NCBI GenBank assembly: GCA_903831455.1
Contig: CAIKXV010000197.1
Span: 4,128-68,127, forward strand
DNA length: 64,000 nt
From: an uncultured Pseudomonadota bacterium
Lineage (GTDB): Bacteria; Pseudomonadota; Gammaproteobacteria; Burkholderiales; CAIKXV01
Reading direction: 5' to 3'
The notes under the pieces were generated by a model. That model was not told the origin of the DNA. It did not search any database and saw nothing but the letters and a program-made list of their open reading frames with translations. The translations under genes and the position numbers were made by a program. Shown one piece after another: positions 48,481-57,913 of the stretch (positions are counted from its first letter, which is position 1; the number at the start of each line of letters is the position of its first letter).

Positions 48481-48637
48481 GCGATCTCCTCCTTCGTGTC
48501 GGCTGCAGCCATGGGCGCTGCCGCTGCCGAGTGCCCGGGTTCGGGCTTGCTTCCGCCCGCGGGCCGACCGGCTTGCGCGCGAGCGACGCCGGCGCGAGAC
48601 TCCCTGCGCGGCACTTCGATTGTCCCGGAGATTCTCG

Positions 48638-49348
48638 ATGAAGTCATCGGCGCCCACCTTCCCCGACGACGGCGCGCAGTCGCCTGCCGCCGCGTCCGTG
48701 CCCCTGCCCGTCTGGGACCTGCCGGTACGGCTGTTCCACTGGGTGCTCGTGCTGCTGCTGGCGGTGTCATGGATGACCGGACGGGACGGCGGCATCGACG
48801 CGATGACCTGGCACCTGCGCGCCGGGCTGGCGGTGCTCGCCCTGCTGCTCGCCCGGATCGCCTGGGGCGTGATCGGCTCCCAGACCGCGCGCTTCCGCGA
48901 GTTCGTGCGCGGCCCGCGGGCCGCGTGGGCGGATGCCCGCGCCTTGCTGCGACGCACCACGCCCCCGCACGCCGGTCATCCGCCGCTGGGCGGCTGGATG
49001 GTCGTGGCGCTGCTGATCGCGCTGCTGGTCCAGTGCGCGACCGGATTGTTCGCCAACGACGCGGTGATGACCGAGGGTCCGCTGGCCGGTCGGGTATCGC
49101 CCGCGCTCGGTGAGTGGCTCAGCACGATCCATCGCTGGAACGTGAACGTGCTGCTGGCACTCGCGGCCGTCCACGTTGCCGCGGTGGTCTATCACATCGT
49201 TGCAATGCGCAGCGATCTGCTGCTCGGGATGATCACAGGGCGACGTCGGCTGCCGGCACTCGCGCAGCCCCCGCGCATGCGCAGCGCGTGGCTCGCACTC
49301 GCCCTGCTGATCACAGCCGCCGCGCTGCTCTGGCCGCTGTACGGCTGA
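48638..49348 (+). CDS. Cytochrome b/b6 domain membrane protein
   Basis: VWDLPVRLFHW, WHLRAG, TARF, GHPPLG, IHRW, VHVAAV, MITG. Confidence 0.92.
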   Translation: MKSSAPTFPDDGAQSPAAASVPLPVWDLPVRLFHWVLVLLLAVSWMTGRDGGIDAMTWHLRAGLAVLALLLARIAWGVIGSQTARFREFVRGPRAAWADARALLRRTTPPHAGHPPLGGWMVVALLIALLVQCATGLFANDAVMTEGPLAGRVSPALGEWLSTIHRWNVNVLLALAAVHVAAVVYHIVAMRSDLLLGMITGRRRLPALAQPPRMRSAWLALALLITAAALLWPLYG

Positions 49349-49359
49349 GGGCATGCGCG

Positions 49360-49389
49360 GTTCGGCGGCGGCCCGGACCGCCGCCGAAC
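49360..49389. terminator. 12-bp hairpin between convergent cytochrome b and cytochrome c' genes
   Basis: GTTCGGCGGCGG-CCCGGA-CCGCCGCCGAAC. Confidence 0.6.
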
Positions 49390-49398
49390 ACCGGACGG

Positions 49399-49869
49399 CT
49401 ACTTCGCGCGGAAATTGTCGTGGCAGCTGCCGCAGTGGCGCGCGACCTCGGCGATCTGCGCGCGGGTCGCCTTCTCGTCGCCCGACCTGGCAACGGCCAC
49501 AAGCTTCGCGGCATCGCCCGTGAAGCGGTCCGCGGCCGCCTTGAATCCGGCCGCGTCCTTCCAGATGGCCGGCAACGCGCGGGTGTTGCCGGCGTCGCTG
49601 CCCGGCGTGAAGCCCTCGACCACCATCCGTCCGGTCGACTCGAGCACGGCCGCGTTGCGCGCGACCAGCGCGGCGTCGAACGGCCGCGCGTTCTTCACCA
49701 TCTGCACCAGCGGCCCGAAGTGCCAGGCCTGCACCTGCATCACGCCCTTGCGGTAGTTGATCGCCTGTTCGGCGGTCTGCGCCTGCACCGCGCCCGCAGC
49801 GCCGAGGACAAGCACCGCGGACGCAAGGCCTGCGCGAAGACCCCGAACGCTCATGAGGCTGTGATCCAT
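49399..49869 (-). CDS. Cytochrome c' (class II cytochrome c)
   Basis: Signal peptide, AINYRKGVM, TRALPAIW, C-terminal CGSCHDNFR. Confidence 0.93.
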   Translation of the reverse strand: MDHSLMSVRGLRAGLASAVLVLGAAGAVQAQTAEQAINYRKGVMQVQAWHFGPLVQMVKNARPFDAALVARNAAVLESTGRMVVEGFTPGSDAGNTRALPAIWKDAAGFKAAADRFTGDAAKLVAVARSGDEKATRAQIAEVARHCGSCHDNFRAK

Positions 49870-50212
49870 GTTCCCCCTCCCTGTTCTCACTGGTTTAAAA
49901 CGACGACAACGGATAGATTACGGGTTAGCGTACCGTGAACCGCGTGCATGCGTCATCCGCACCACGCCGCGGATCCCGACCAGGGCGCATTGCGCGAACC
50001 CGGCGGCGACTGCGACCCGGTCACGGATCCTGCCAGCATATCTGTCAGATACATATCATTACAACGGAAATGCCCGGAACCGCGGCGTGTCAGGGTGGTC
50101 ATAATCACTGCTGAAGACGTCACGGTTGCCGCATCGCACGATGGAATCGGTTGGGTGTGCCGGCAGCGCCGTCACCAGTGCTCTGGCCCCGTTGTTAGCC
50201 CAGGAGTTGCTC

Positions 50213-50878
50213 GTGTCCACGCCGCCCCTTGCCCCCAAGCCCTTCCTCGACCTGCTCTCCCCCGAGGACAGGTCGGCGCTGATCGAGCGCTGCGGTCGCC
50301 GCACCCTCGGTCGCCGTCAACTGCTGTTCGTGACCGGCGAGCCGCGCGGGTCGGTCTACCTGCTCCGCACCGGCCGCGTGAAACTGGTACGCCGTACCGA
50401 TGCGGGCGGAGAGGTGATCGTCGGGCTGTGCGGACCGGGTGACATCGTCGGCTACAGTGGCCTGTCCACCCTGCCGCCGCGCAGGCTGACGGCCCAGGTC
50501 ATCGAGGCCGGGGAGGCGCACACCATCGACGAACCGGATTTCCGCAGTTTCCTGACCGCGCGACCGGTGGCCGCGCTCGCGGTGATCGAGGCGGTTCGCC
50601 GTCGGCTGGAAACCCTTCGTGATTCGATGGTCGACGTGGTTTCGGAAGACGTTCCCCATCGCATCCTGCGCCTGCTGCGGCGCCTCGCGATCGCCCAGGG
50701 GCAGCGACCGGACGACCCCAAGGGCGAGCTGTCGCTGGACCTGCGGCTGACCCACCAGGAGGTCGCGAACATGATCGGCGCACGCCGGCAGACCGTCACC
50801 ACCGCGATCAACGACATGCACCGCAACGGCGAGTTGCGGCGCGACCAGCATCGGATCGTGATCGGCAACCCGCGCTAG
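50213..50878 (+). CDS. Crp/Fnr family transcriptional regulator
   Basis: cNMP-fold YLLRTGRVKL...GPGDIVG; HTH LTHQEVANMIGARRQTVT; GTG 50213 after SD AGGAG (alternative ATG 50141). Confidence 0.9.
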   Translation: MSTPPLAPKPFLDLLSPEDRSALIERCGRRTLGRRQLLFVTGEPRGSVYLLRTGRVKLVRRTDAGGEVIVGLCGPGDIVGYSGLSTLPPRRLTAQVIEAGEAHTIDEPDFRSFLTARPVAALAVIEAVRRRLETLRDSMVDVVSEDVPHRILRLLRRLAIAQGQRPDDPKGELSLDLRLTHQEVANMIGARRQTVTTAINDMHRNGELRRDQHRIVIGNPR

Positions 50879-51576
50879 GTCACCGACGACGCGTCCAGGT
50901 CGGCGGGCCTGTCGATGTCGGCAAGGATGCCGATGTCGTCCACGTCCAGCATCCGCACCTCGTGCGAGAGGGACGCGACGACCGCACGCGCGCCCTCATC
51001 CCCGGTCAGCGCCGCGAGGCGACCGGCCAGCCGTCCGTGCAGGCCCACCGGATGCCCCCGCCGACCCTGACAGACCGGCAGGACCACCGTCGCCCCGTCC
51101 TGGATGGCCTGGGCGACCCTCCGGACCGTCCCACTGCTGACGTGGGGCATGTCGCCCAGCATCACCACCCAGCCGCCGGCGTCGGGTGTTGCCCGGACCC
51201 CGGCCGCGAGACTGTGCCCCATTCCGTCCACCGCCTCGGGGCACTCGATGACCCGTACGCCAGCCTCCGCGGCGAGTTCCGCCATCCGCGTGCCGGGACG
51301 CACCACGCAGGCCACCTGCGGCCAGCCCGCCCGCGCCACCTGGAGCGTGGCCGCTCCGACCTCCCGGCCATCCGGCAGGCGTGCCGCGAGCTTGTCGCCG
51401 CCGAAGCGCCGCGACAGTCCCGCGCCGAGGACCAGCACCACCGGACACCGGGCGGAGGGCTCATCGGCCACCTTCGCAGGCGACGCCTGCGCCCGCGGGT
51501 CGGTGCCCGCGGTTCCGGCGGTGTCGCTCAAGCCCGGCCGTCGCTGGCCGTTATCGGATTGTCCCTTGATGGACAC
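50875..51576 (-). CDS. mocA: Molybdenum cofactor cytidylyltransferase-like nucleotidyltransferase
   Basis: LGAGLSRRFG..K, GMGHSL, LGDMP, GHPV, GDEGAR, DID; start uncertain. Confidence 0.85.
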   Translation of the reverse strand: MSIKGQSDNGQRRPGLSDTAGTAGTDPRAQASPAKVADEPSARCPVVLVLGAGLSRRFGGDKLAARLPDGREVGAATLQVARAGWPQVACVVRPGTRMAELAAEAGVRVIECPEAVDGMGHSLAAGVRATPDAGGWVVMLGDMPHVSSGTVRRVAQAIQDGATVVLPVCQGRRGHPVGLHGRLAGRLAALTGDEGARAVVASLSHEVRMLDVDDIGILADIDRPADLDASSVT

Positions 51577-51703
51577 TATCCCCCCTTCGTCACTCCGAAT
51601 CGCCGCACTGAGGGATGCGGCCCGCTCGACAGGCCACCCCGCGGCCGCGATAGTCTAGCGAGGCCGTCGGCTCCATGCCCGGCGATCTGCACTGGCCTGC
51701 TCG

Positions 51704-52099
51704 ATGTCACAGACCCGCCTCAAGTTCCTCGTCGTCGACGACTTCTCACCGATGCGCAAGATCATCCGCAACCTGCTGAAGGACCGCGGCTACGACGACG
51801 TCGAGGAGGCGGACAACGGCGAGGCCGCGCTCGAACGCCTGCGCAACGGCCGATTCGACTTCGTGATCTCGGACTGGAGCATGCCGACCATGAGCGGCAT
51901 CGACCTGCTGCGCGCCATCCGCGCCGATCCCCGGCTGCGTGGACTGCCGGTGCTGCTGGTCACCGCCGAGGCCAAGCGCGAGAACATCATCGAGGCTGCG
52001 CAGGCGCGGGCCTCCGGCTACATCCTCAAGCCGTTCACCGGCGCCACCCTCGAGGCGAAGCTCGACGCGATCCTCAAGGGCGGCGCGCGCATCGCCTGA
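51704..52099 (+). CDS. cheY: Chemotaxis response regulator CheY
   Basis: [34 protein letters not shown]. Confidence 0.95.
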   Translation: MSQTRLKFLVVDDFSPMRKIIRNLLKDRGYDDVEEADNGEAALERLRNGRFDFVISDWSMPTMSGIDLLRAIRADPRLRGLPVLLVTAEAKRENIIEAAQARASGYILKPFTGATLEAKLDAILKGGARIA

Positions 52100-52112
52100 T
52101 CGCCCCGCCGAC

Positions 52113-53864
52113 ATGTCCGACCTCTCCGCCGATCGCGAGCTGATGCAGGACTTCGCTGCCGAGTGCGGCGAGCTGCTGGCCGAGCTCGACACGCGGCTGG
52201 TCGAACTCGAGCGCAGCCGCGGCGATATCGGGCTGCTGGATGCCGCGTTCCGCGGCTTCCACACCATCAAGGGAAGCGCCGGGTTCCTCGGCCTCGATTC
52301 GCTGGTCGACCTCTGCGACCGCAGCGAAAGCGTGCTCGATCGGGTCAGGCGCGGCGCGCTCACCCTCGATGCCGGCGTGATGGACGTCATCCTCGAGGCC
52401 ACCGCGAGCGTACGTGGCATGGTCGACGCGATCCGCCAGGGCGCTCCCTCGATCGAAGCCCCCGACGACCTGCTCGCGCGGCTGGCCTCGGTGCTGCTGC
52501 GCGCGCGCGCGGCGCCTGACACCCGCGGCACCCAGGCGGACCTCGAGGCGCTGTTCGACGCCTTCGTCGCGGGCGCACCCGACGAGGAGGCGCCCGCGGC
52601 CGCGGAGGCCGCCCATCCGCCGTGGGGACGGCGTGCGTCCGATCAGCCCGGAACCCGCAGTCGTCGTTCCGGCCGCCGCGAGGTCGACCCGGAGCTCGCT
52701 CGCGAGAACACGCTTCGGGTGGACACCCACCGGCTGGAGGAACTCCACGAACTCGCGCGCCAGATCGCCCACTCGCAGCGCGCACTGACCCGCCTGCGCG
52801 CCGAGCTCGCCCCGAGCGGATCGGTGACGGGCGCCTTCGACGAGGCGCTCGGCCGACTCGAGGGGCTGGTGGGAGACCTCCAGGCGGCGGTGATGCGCAC
52901 CCGCCAGCAGCCCGCGGCGCGCCTCTTCCAGCGCTATCCGCGCCTGGTCCGAGACCTGGGTCGCCAGCTCGGCCGCGAGGTCGCGCTGGAGCTCGCAGGC
53001 GAACAGACGGAACTGGACCAGACGGTGATCGAGGAGCTCAACGCCCCGCTGATGCACCTGGTCCGCAACGCGATCGACCACGGCATCGAGCCGCCAGCGG
53101 AGCGCGAAGCGGCCGGCAAGGCGAGGCGCGGAACCTTGCGCCTCGAGGCCCGGATAGGCGGCGAGCAGGTGGTGATCGAGATCATCGACGACGGCCGCGG
53201 GATGGATCCAGCGCGCCTGCGCACGAGCGCCGTGGCCCGCGGACTGGTGTCCGCCGAGCAGGCCGCCGCGCTCGACGACGCGGCCGCCCTCCGGCTCGCC
53301 CTGCTGCCCGGACTGTCCACGCGCGACCAGGTGTCCTCGATCTCCGGCCGCGGCGTGGGCATGGACGTGGTCCGGCGCAACATCGAACGGCTCAACGGAC
53401 GCATCGAGCTCGACTCCGTCCCGGGCGAGGGCACCTGCATCGCGATCACCCTGCCGCGGACGCTGCCGGTGCTACCGGTCCAGATCGTGCACGCCGGTCC
53501 GCTGGCCCTGGCCGTGCCGCTCTCCGACCTGCGCGAGATCGTCCCGATCCCCACCCGCGCCCGCAAGGCCGCGACCCTGCCCGCGGAGATCGTCGTGGCC
53601 GGCGAGACGCTGCCGATGGCCAGCCTCGCCCGGGCGCTGGGCACCGAAGCGGAGCGCGGCGCCGCCCGGTACGGGATCGTTACCGCGGTCGGCGGCGCCG
53701 TGCGTGTGCTCGCGGTCGATCGGCTGGGAGCGCGCGAGAACGTCGTTCTCCAGCCGCCTGCGGGCGCCGCCCGGGCCGGCGTGTCGGGGCGCGCCCTGGC
53801 CGCCGACGGATCGACCCTGCTGGTGCTCGAACTCGACACCCTGCCGGCAGCCGCGCCCGGCTGA
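52113..53864 (+). CDS. cheA: CheA-type histidine kinase lacking a P2 domain
   Basis: HPt FRGFHTIKGSAGFL; HLVRNAIDHGIE; DDGRGMD; SGRGVGMDVV; degenerate CheW-like P5 domain. Confidence 0.92.
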   Translation: MSDLSADRELMQDFAAECGELLAELDTRLVELERSRGDIGLLDAAFRGFHTIKGSAGFLGLDSLVDLCDRSESVLDRVRRGALTLDAGVMDVILEATASVRGMVDAIRQGAPSIEAPDDLLARLASVLLRARAAPDTRGTQADLEALFDAFVAGAPDEEAPAAAEAAHPPWGRRASDQPGTRSRRSGRREVDPELARENTLRVDTHRLEELHELARQIAHSQRALTRLRAELAPSGSVTGAFDEALGRLEGLVGDLQAAVMRTRQQPAARLFQRYPRLVRDLGRQLGREVALELAGEQTELDQTVIEELNAPLMHLVRNAIDHGIEPPAEREAAGKARRGTLRLEARIGGEQVVIEIIDDGRGMDPARLRTSAVARGLVSAEQAAALDDAAALRLALLPGLSTRDQVSSISGRGVGMDVVRRNIERLNGRIELDSVPGEGTCIAITLPRTLPVLPVQIVHAGPLALAVPLSDLREIVPIPTRARKAATLPAEIVVAGETLPMASLARALGTEAERGAARYGIVTAVGGAVRVLAVDRLGARENVVLQPPAGAARAGVSGRALAADGSTLLVLELDTLPAAAPG

Positions 53865-54077
53865 GCGCCCCGCAGCGACTCCGGGGCAGGCCTGGCGCCC
53901 GCCTCGCCACGGCCCGTCGCCAGGCACCGACCGCCCGTTCGTCGCGTCCCGGCAGGGCCTGCCGCGATGCGTTGCCACGACCCGCTCGGCATCTGGCCAG
54001 GTGGGTCCGTGCCCGCGGGCAGGCGCCGGGATGATCGGTGACGATCTCGCCGGAGAATATGACCTTTTAGAACGCTA

Positions 54078-54090
54078 TATCAACTGTTTA
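54078..54090 (+). promoter_or_regulatory. IHF-binding consensus in an AT-rich patch
   Basis: TATCAA-CTGT-TTA is an exact match to WATCAA-N4-TTR. Confidence 0.5.
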
Positions 54091-54271
54091 TGGAGGTTTA
54101 TTTATGTCGTTACTGAGGTCATCTCGCGGCTGGGAGCGCGGAAGAAGGTCACCATCCGGTCGCCAGGGGGACAGCGAGAGCCACGTGCTAAACTTCAATC
54201 GCCGCCCGTCATGACGTGACCGCGAGCCGCCTTCGGTGGCACCGCCCTCCCCCGAACCCATCCCGCGCCCG

Positions 54272-55531
54272 ATGTCCGGCTCAGCCACCCTCAACCCGGA
54301 CTCCCTGGCCAGCGTGCTCCGTGTCCGGGAGGTGTGGCTGATCTCGATCGGTCACGGCATGACGCACTGGTACACGGCCACGTTCTACCTGCTCCTGCCG
54401 CTCATCGGCAGCGAGCTCGGCCTCTCCTACGTGCAGATCGGTTTCATCATGACCGTGCAGCACGTGGTGGGGGCCGCGTCGAACCTGCCCGCCGGCCTGC
54501 TGGTCGACCGCTACAGCCGCAAGGGGCTGATGATGGCCGCCTCCCTGTTCTGGGTCGGCTTCCCCTACCTTTTGATGGGGTTCACCACGACCTACTGGGT
54601 GCTGCTCGCCTGCGTGACGCTGGTCTCGGTGGGCAACAACATCTGGCACCCGACGGCGATCTCGACGCTGGCAGATCGCTACCCCGCCAGTCGCGGACTC
54701 ACGCTCTCCATCCACGGCATGGGAGGTAATGTCGGCGAGGCCCTGGCGCCCCTGGTCGTCGGAGCGCTGCTCGCGTTCTTCACCTGGCGCGAAGTGGTGA
54801 TGATCAACGTCGTGCCCGGCATCTTCGCCTCCCTGCTGATCCTCGCCATGCTCGGCGCGCTGCCCGCCCCGGGAAGCCGCCGCGACGAGACCGCAACCAC
54901 GCGGGGCACCGCCGCACGCTCGTGGGCGGACCAGTGGTCCGGCATGGTCGCGCTGCTGCGCAACCGCGCGATGGTCCTCGTGTGCACCAGCGCCGCCTTT
55001 CGCACGATGACGCAGGCCGCTCTGCTCACCTTCCTGCCGCTGTACCTGACCCGCGACCTCGGCTATTCGCTCGCGTTCACCGGAGCCTGCCTGTTCGCGC
55101 TCCAGGCCGCCGGTTTCGCCGCCTCGCCGGTCGCAGGCTGGATGTCCGATCGCATGGGAAGGGCACGCATCGTCGCCGGCTCGATGCTCGCCAGCGCGCT
55201 GGTCATCGCCCTGATGCTCGCCGTGCCCGGCAGCGCGCTGTTCGTGGTGTGCATCGCGCTGCTGGGCTTCTTCCTCTACGCGGTGCGCGCCGTCCTGCAG
55301 GCCTGGATGCTGGACAGCACGCCCCGGCGCGACGCCGGTGCCGCGGTGGGCATCATGTTCAGCACGCAGGCCATCGGCGCCGGCATCGCCCCTCTGCTGG
55401 CCGGGTGGGTGGCCGACACCTGGGGCCTGTTCGCCGTCTTCCACTTCCTCGCCGGCACCATCGTGCTGGCGAATCTCTTCGTGTTCCTGATGCCGCGCGA
55501 CATGTTCGCCCGGCCGGCGGGTCGCCCCTGA
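54272..55531 (+). CDS. MFS transporter (Fsr-like)
   Basis: GHGMTHWY, GLLVDRYSRK, WHPTA, HGMGGNVG, GWMSDRMGR; about 12 TM. Confidence 0.92.
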   Translation: MSGSATLNPDSLASVLRVREVWLISIGHGMTHWYTATFYLLLPLIGSELGLSYVQIGFIMTVQHVVGAASNLPAGLLVDRYSRKGLMMAASLFWVGFPYLLMGFTTTYWVLLACVTLVSVGNNIWHPTAISTLADRYPASRGLTLSIHGMGGNVGEALAPLVVGALLAFFTWREVVMINVVPGIFASLLILAMLGALPAPGSRRDETATTRGTAARSWADQWSGMVALLRNRAMVLVCTSAAFRTMTQAALLTFLPLYLTRDLGYSLAFTGACLFALQAAGFAASPVAGWMSDRMGRARIVAGSMLASALVIALMLAVPGSALFVVCIALLGFFLYAVRAVLQAWMLDSTPRRDAGAAVGIMFSTQAIGAGIAPLLAGWVADTWGLFAVFHFLAGTIVLANLFVFLMPRDMFARPAGRP

Positions 55532-55590
55532 CGGGTGGCGGCGGGAACGCGGTCGTCCAACCCGCGGACCACGGGTCCGAAGGAGAACGC

Positions 55591-56505
55591 ATGAGTACGC
55601 AGGTCAGCATCACCGGGCAGGAGCACTGGACGAACAAGGGCGACGTGCGCCTCTACCTCTGGGAGAAGAAGGCTGCGCCGGGCACGGCCCATCGCGGCAC
55701 CATCCTGTGGGTCCACGGCTCGTCGATGGCCTCGACCCCGACCTTCGACCTGGTGGTGCCGGGGCGTCCGGACTCGTCCGTGATGGACTGGTTCGCCCAG
55801 CGTGGCTACGACAACTGGTGCGTCGACATGGAGGGCTACGGCCGATCCGACAAGTCGCGCGACATCTACTTCGACATCGCCAACGGGGCCGACGACCTGA
55901 AGGCGGCGACCGACTACATCATGGGCCTGCGCGGCGCGCAGCGCTTCCATGTGTACGGGATTTCATCCGGCGCGCTGCGTGCCGCGCTGTTCGCGCAACG
56001 CAACCCCGAGCGCGTCGCCCGCCTGGCGCTCGACGCGTTCGTGTGGACCGGCGAAGGCGCGCCGACCCTGGCCGAGCGGCGCAAGAAGCTGCCCGACTTC
56101 ATCGCCCGCAAGAAGCGCCCGATCGACCGCGCCTTCGTCCACTCGATCTTCAATCGCGACCACCCCGGTTGCGCCGAGGAGCGGGTCATCGAGGCCTTCG
56201 CCGATGCGATCCTCGCGCTCGACCACGAGATGCCGACCGGCACCTACGTGGACATGTGCTCGAAGCTGCCGGTGGTCGATCCGGAGAAGATCCCGGTGCC
56301 GACGATCCTGATGCGCGGCGAGTTCGACGGCATCGCGGCCTTCGACGACCTGGTCGAGTTCTTCAAGCGGCTACCCAACCCGGACAAGCAGTTCTCGGTG
56401 ATGGCCGGCATCTCGCACGCGAGCTTCCAGCAGAAGAACTACCTGATGGTCTACCACATCCTCCACGGCTTCTTCAGCCAGCCGGAGCCGGAGTATCGCG
56501 GCTGA
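55591..56505 (+). CDS. Alpha/beta hydrolase
   Basis: VHGSS, DMEGYGRS, nucleophile GISSG, GEFDG, ISH; SD AAGGAG. Confidence 0.9.
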   Translation: MSTQVSITGQEHWTNKGDVRLYLWEKKAAPGTAHRGTILWVHGSSMASTPTFDLVVPGRPDSSVMDWFAQRGYDNWCVDMEGYGRSDKSRDIYFDIANGADDLKAATDYIMGLRGAQRFHVYGISSGALRAALFAQRNPERVARLALDAFVWTGEGAPTLAERRKKLPDFIARKKRPIDRAFVHSIFNRDHPGCAEERVIEAFADAILALDHEMPTGTYVDMCSKLPVVDPEKIPVPTILMRGEFDGIAAFDDLVEFFKRLPNPDKQFSVMAGISHASFQQKNYLMVYHILHGFFSQPEPEYRG

Positions 56506-56737
56506 TCGACGCTCCGGCGAGGGAGTACGCCCGCCACGGCGTCTGCCTCGCCGACCTCCGGGTTCCGCGTCCGGATGGCGGTCGAGGCCCGCCCTCGACC
56601 TCGACCGTGCGAGGCCGTGCAGTCCCGCACGGCCGCCCCCTCGCGCGACCCGCCGCGACCGGCGATCGTGCCGCCCGGTCGACCCATGCCCGCCTGCGCC
56701 GGATCGGCCGATCGTGCGATGGCGGTTGCGTCGACGA

Positions 56738-57712
56738 TCAGTCGATCTTCGCGCCGACGCTCTTGACCGCCTGCGCCCACTTGACCAGTTCGGACGCATA
56801 CAGCCTGGCGAACTCCTCGGGCGTGCCCGCCACGATGGTGTTGCCCGCCTCCTCGAGCGTGCGGCGGATCTCCGGCACCCGCAGCACCCGCCCGATCTCG
56901 CCGTTCATGCGACCGACGAGATCCCTCGGCGTCGATGCCGGCGCCAGCAGGCCCAGCCAAAGCGTCGCGTCGTAACCGGGCACCGTCTCGCCGATCGCCG
57001 GCACGTCGGGCATCGCCGGATTGCGCTTGGGCGTGGTGACGCCCAGTGCGCGCAGCCGCCCGGCCTTGATCGACGGCAACACCGCGCTCATGCCGGTGAA
57101 GGACATCGAGACCTCGCCGCCCAGCAGCGCGGCGATCGCAGGCCCGCTGCCCTTGAAGGGCACGTGCTCCATGTCGACCTTGGCCATCGACTCGAACATC
57201 GCGGCGAACAGGTGCTGGGAACTACCGTTGCCCGACGACGCATAGAAGATCTGCTTCGGGCGCTTGCGCGCGACCTGGATCAGTTCGGCGACGTTGCGTG
57301 CCGGAAAAGAGGGGTGCACGACCAGCACGTTCGGCGTGGAGGCGATGTGCATGACCGCCGTGAAATCCCGCGCCGGATCGTAGGGCAGCTTGACGTACAG
57401 CGCCGCGTTGATCGCGTTGGTGTTGGACACCACGAGCCAGGTGTAACCATCGCCGGGGGCTCGGGCCACCGCTTCGGTACCCAGCGTGCCACCGGCCCCG
57501 GGACGGTTCTCGATCACCACCTGCTGGCCGATCGTCTCCGACAGGCGCTGGCCGATGACGCGGGCCGGGATGTCGGCCACGCCGCCAGCCGAAAACGGCA
57601 CGATCCAGCGCACGGGCTTCACGGGCCAGGCCTGGGCACAGGCAGGCAACGCGCAGGCGAGCGCCGCGGCGAACACGCCGGCACGGGCGCGAGGGATCGA
57701 CAGACGGATCAT
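56738..57712 (-). CDS. Bug/TctC substrate-binding protein
   Basis: WPVKPVRWIVPFSAGGVAD, ENRPGAGG, HVPFKG. Confidence 0.95.
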   Translation of the reverse strand: MIRLSIPRARAGVFAAALACALPACAQAWPVKPVRWIVPFSAGGVADIPARVIGQRLSETIGQQVVIENRPGAGGTLGTEAVARAPGDGYTWLVVSNTNAINAALYVKLPYDPARDFTAVMHIASTPNVLVVHPSFPARNVAELIQVARKRPKQIFYASSGNGSSQHLFAAMFESMAKVDMEHVPFKGSGPAIAALLGGEVSMSFTGMSAVLPSIKAGRLRALGVTTPKRNPAMPDVPAIGETVPGYDATLWLGLLAPASTPRDLVGRMNGEIGRVLRVPEIRRTLEEAGNTIVAGTPEEFARLYASELVKWAQAVKSVGAKID

Positions 57713-57913
57713 GGCGACGGGTCCTTCTCGGGTCGTGGGGTGCAGGCCTGCGGCGGCGGCACCCCACGGGGTACCCCGGTCGCGCGCGGCCGCGATGCTA
57801 ACATCGACGCGCAGCCCCGCCGCGCAGGGCACCGGCGTCCGGTAGGGACCGGAGAACCTGCCGTCCGCCCCGCGACGCCCTGCGCCGAGCCGACCCCCAC
57901 AGAGACCGATGCG

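Noticed and set aside
54085-54115. dif site in the AT-rich patch
   Set aside because: TTATGTCGTT only weakly resembles the XerD arm, and no XerC arm is present
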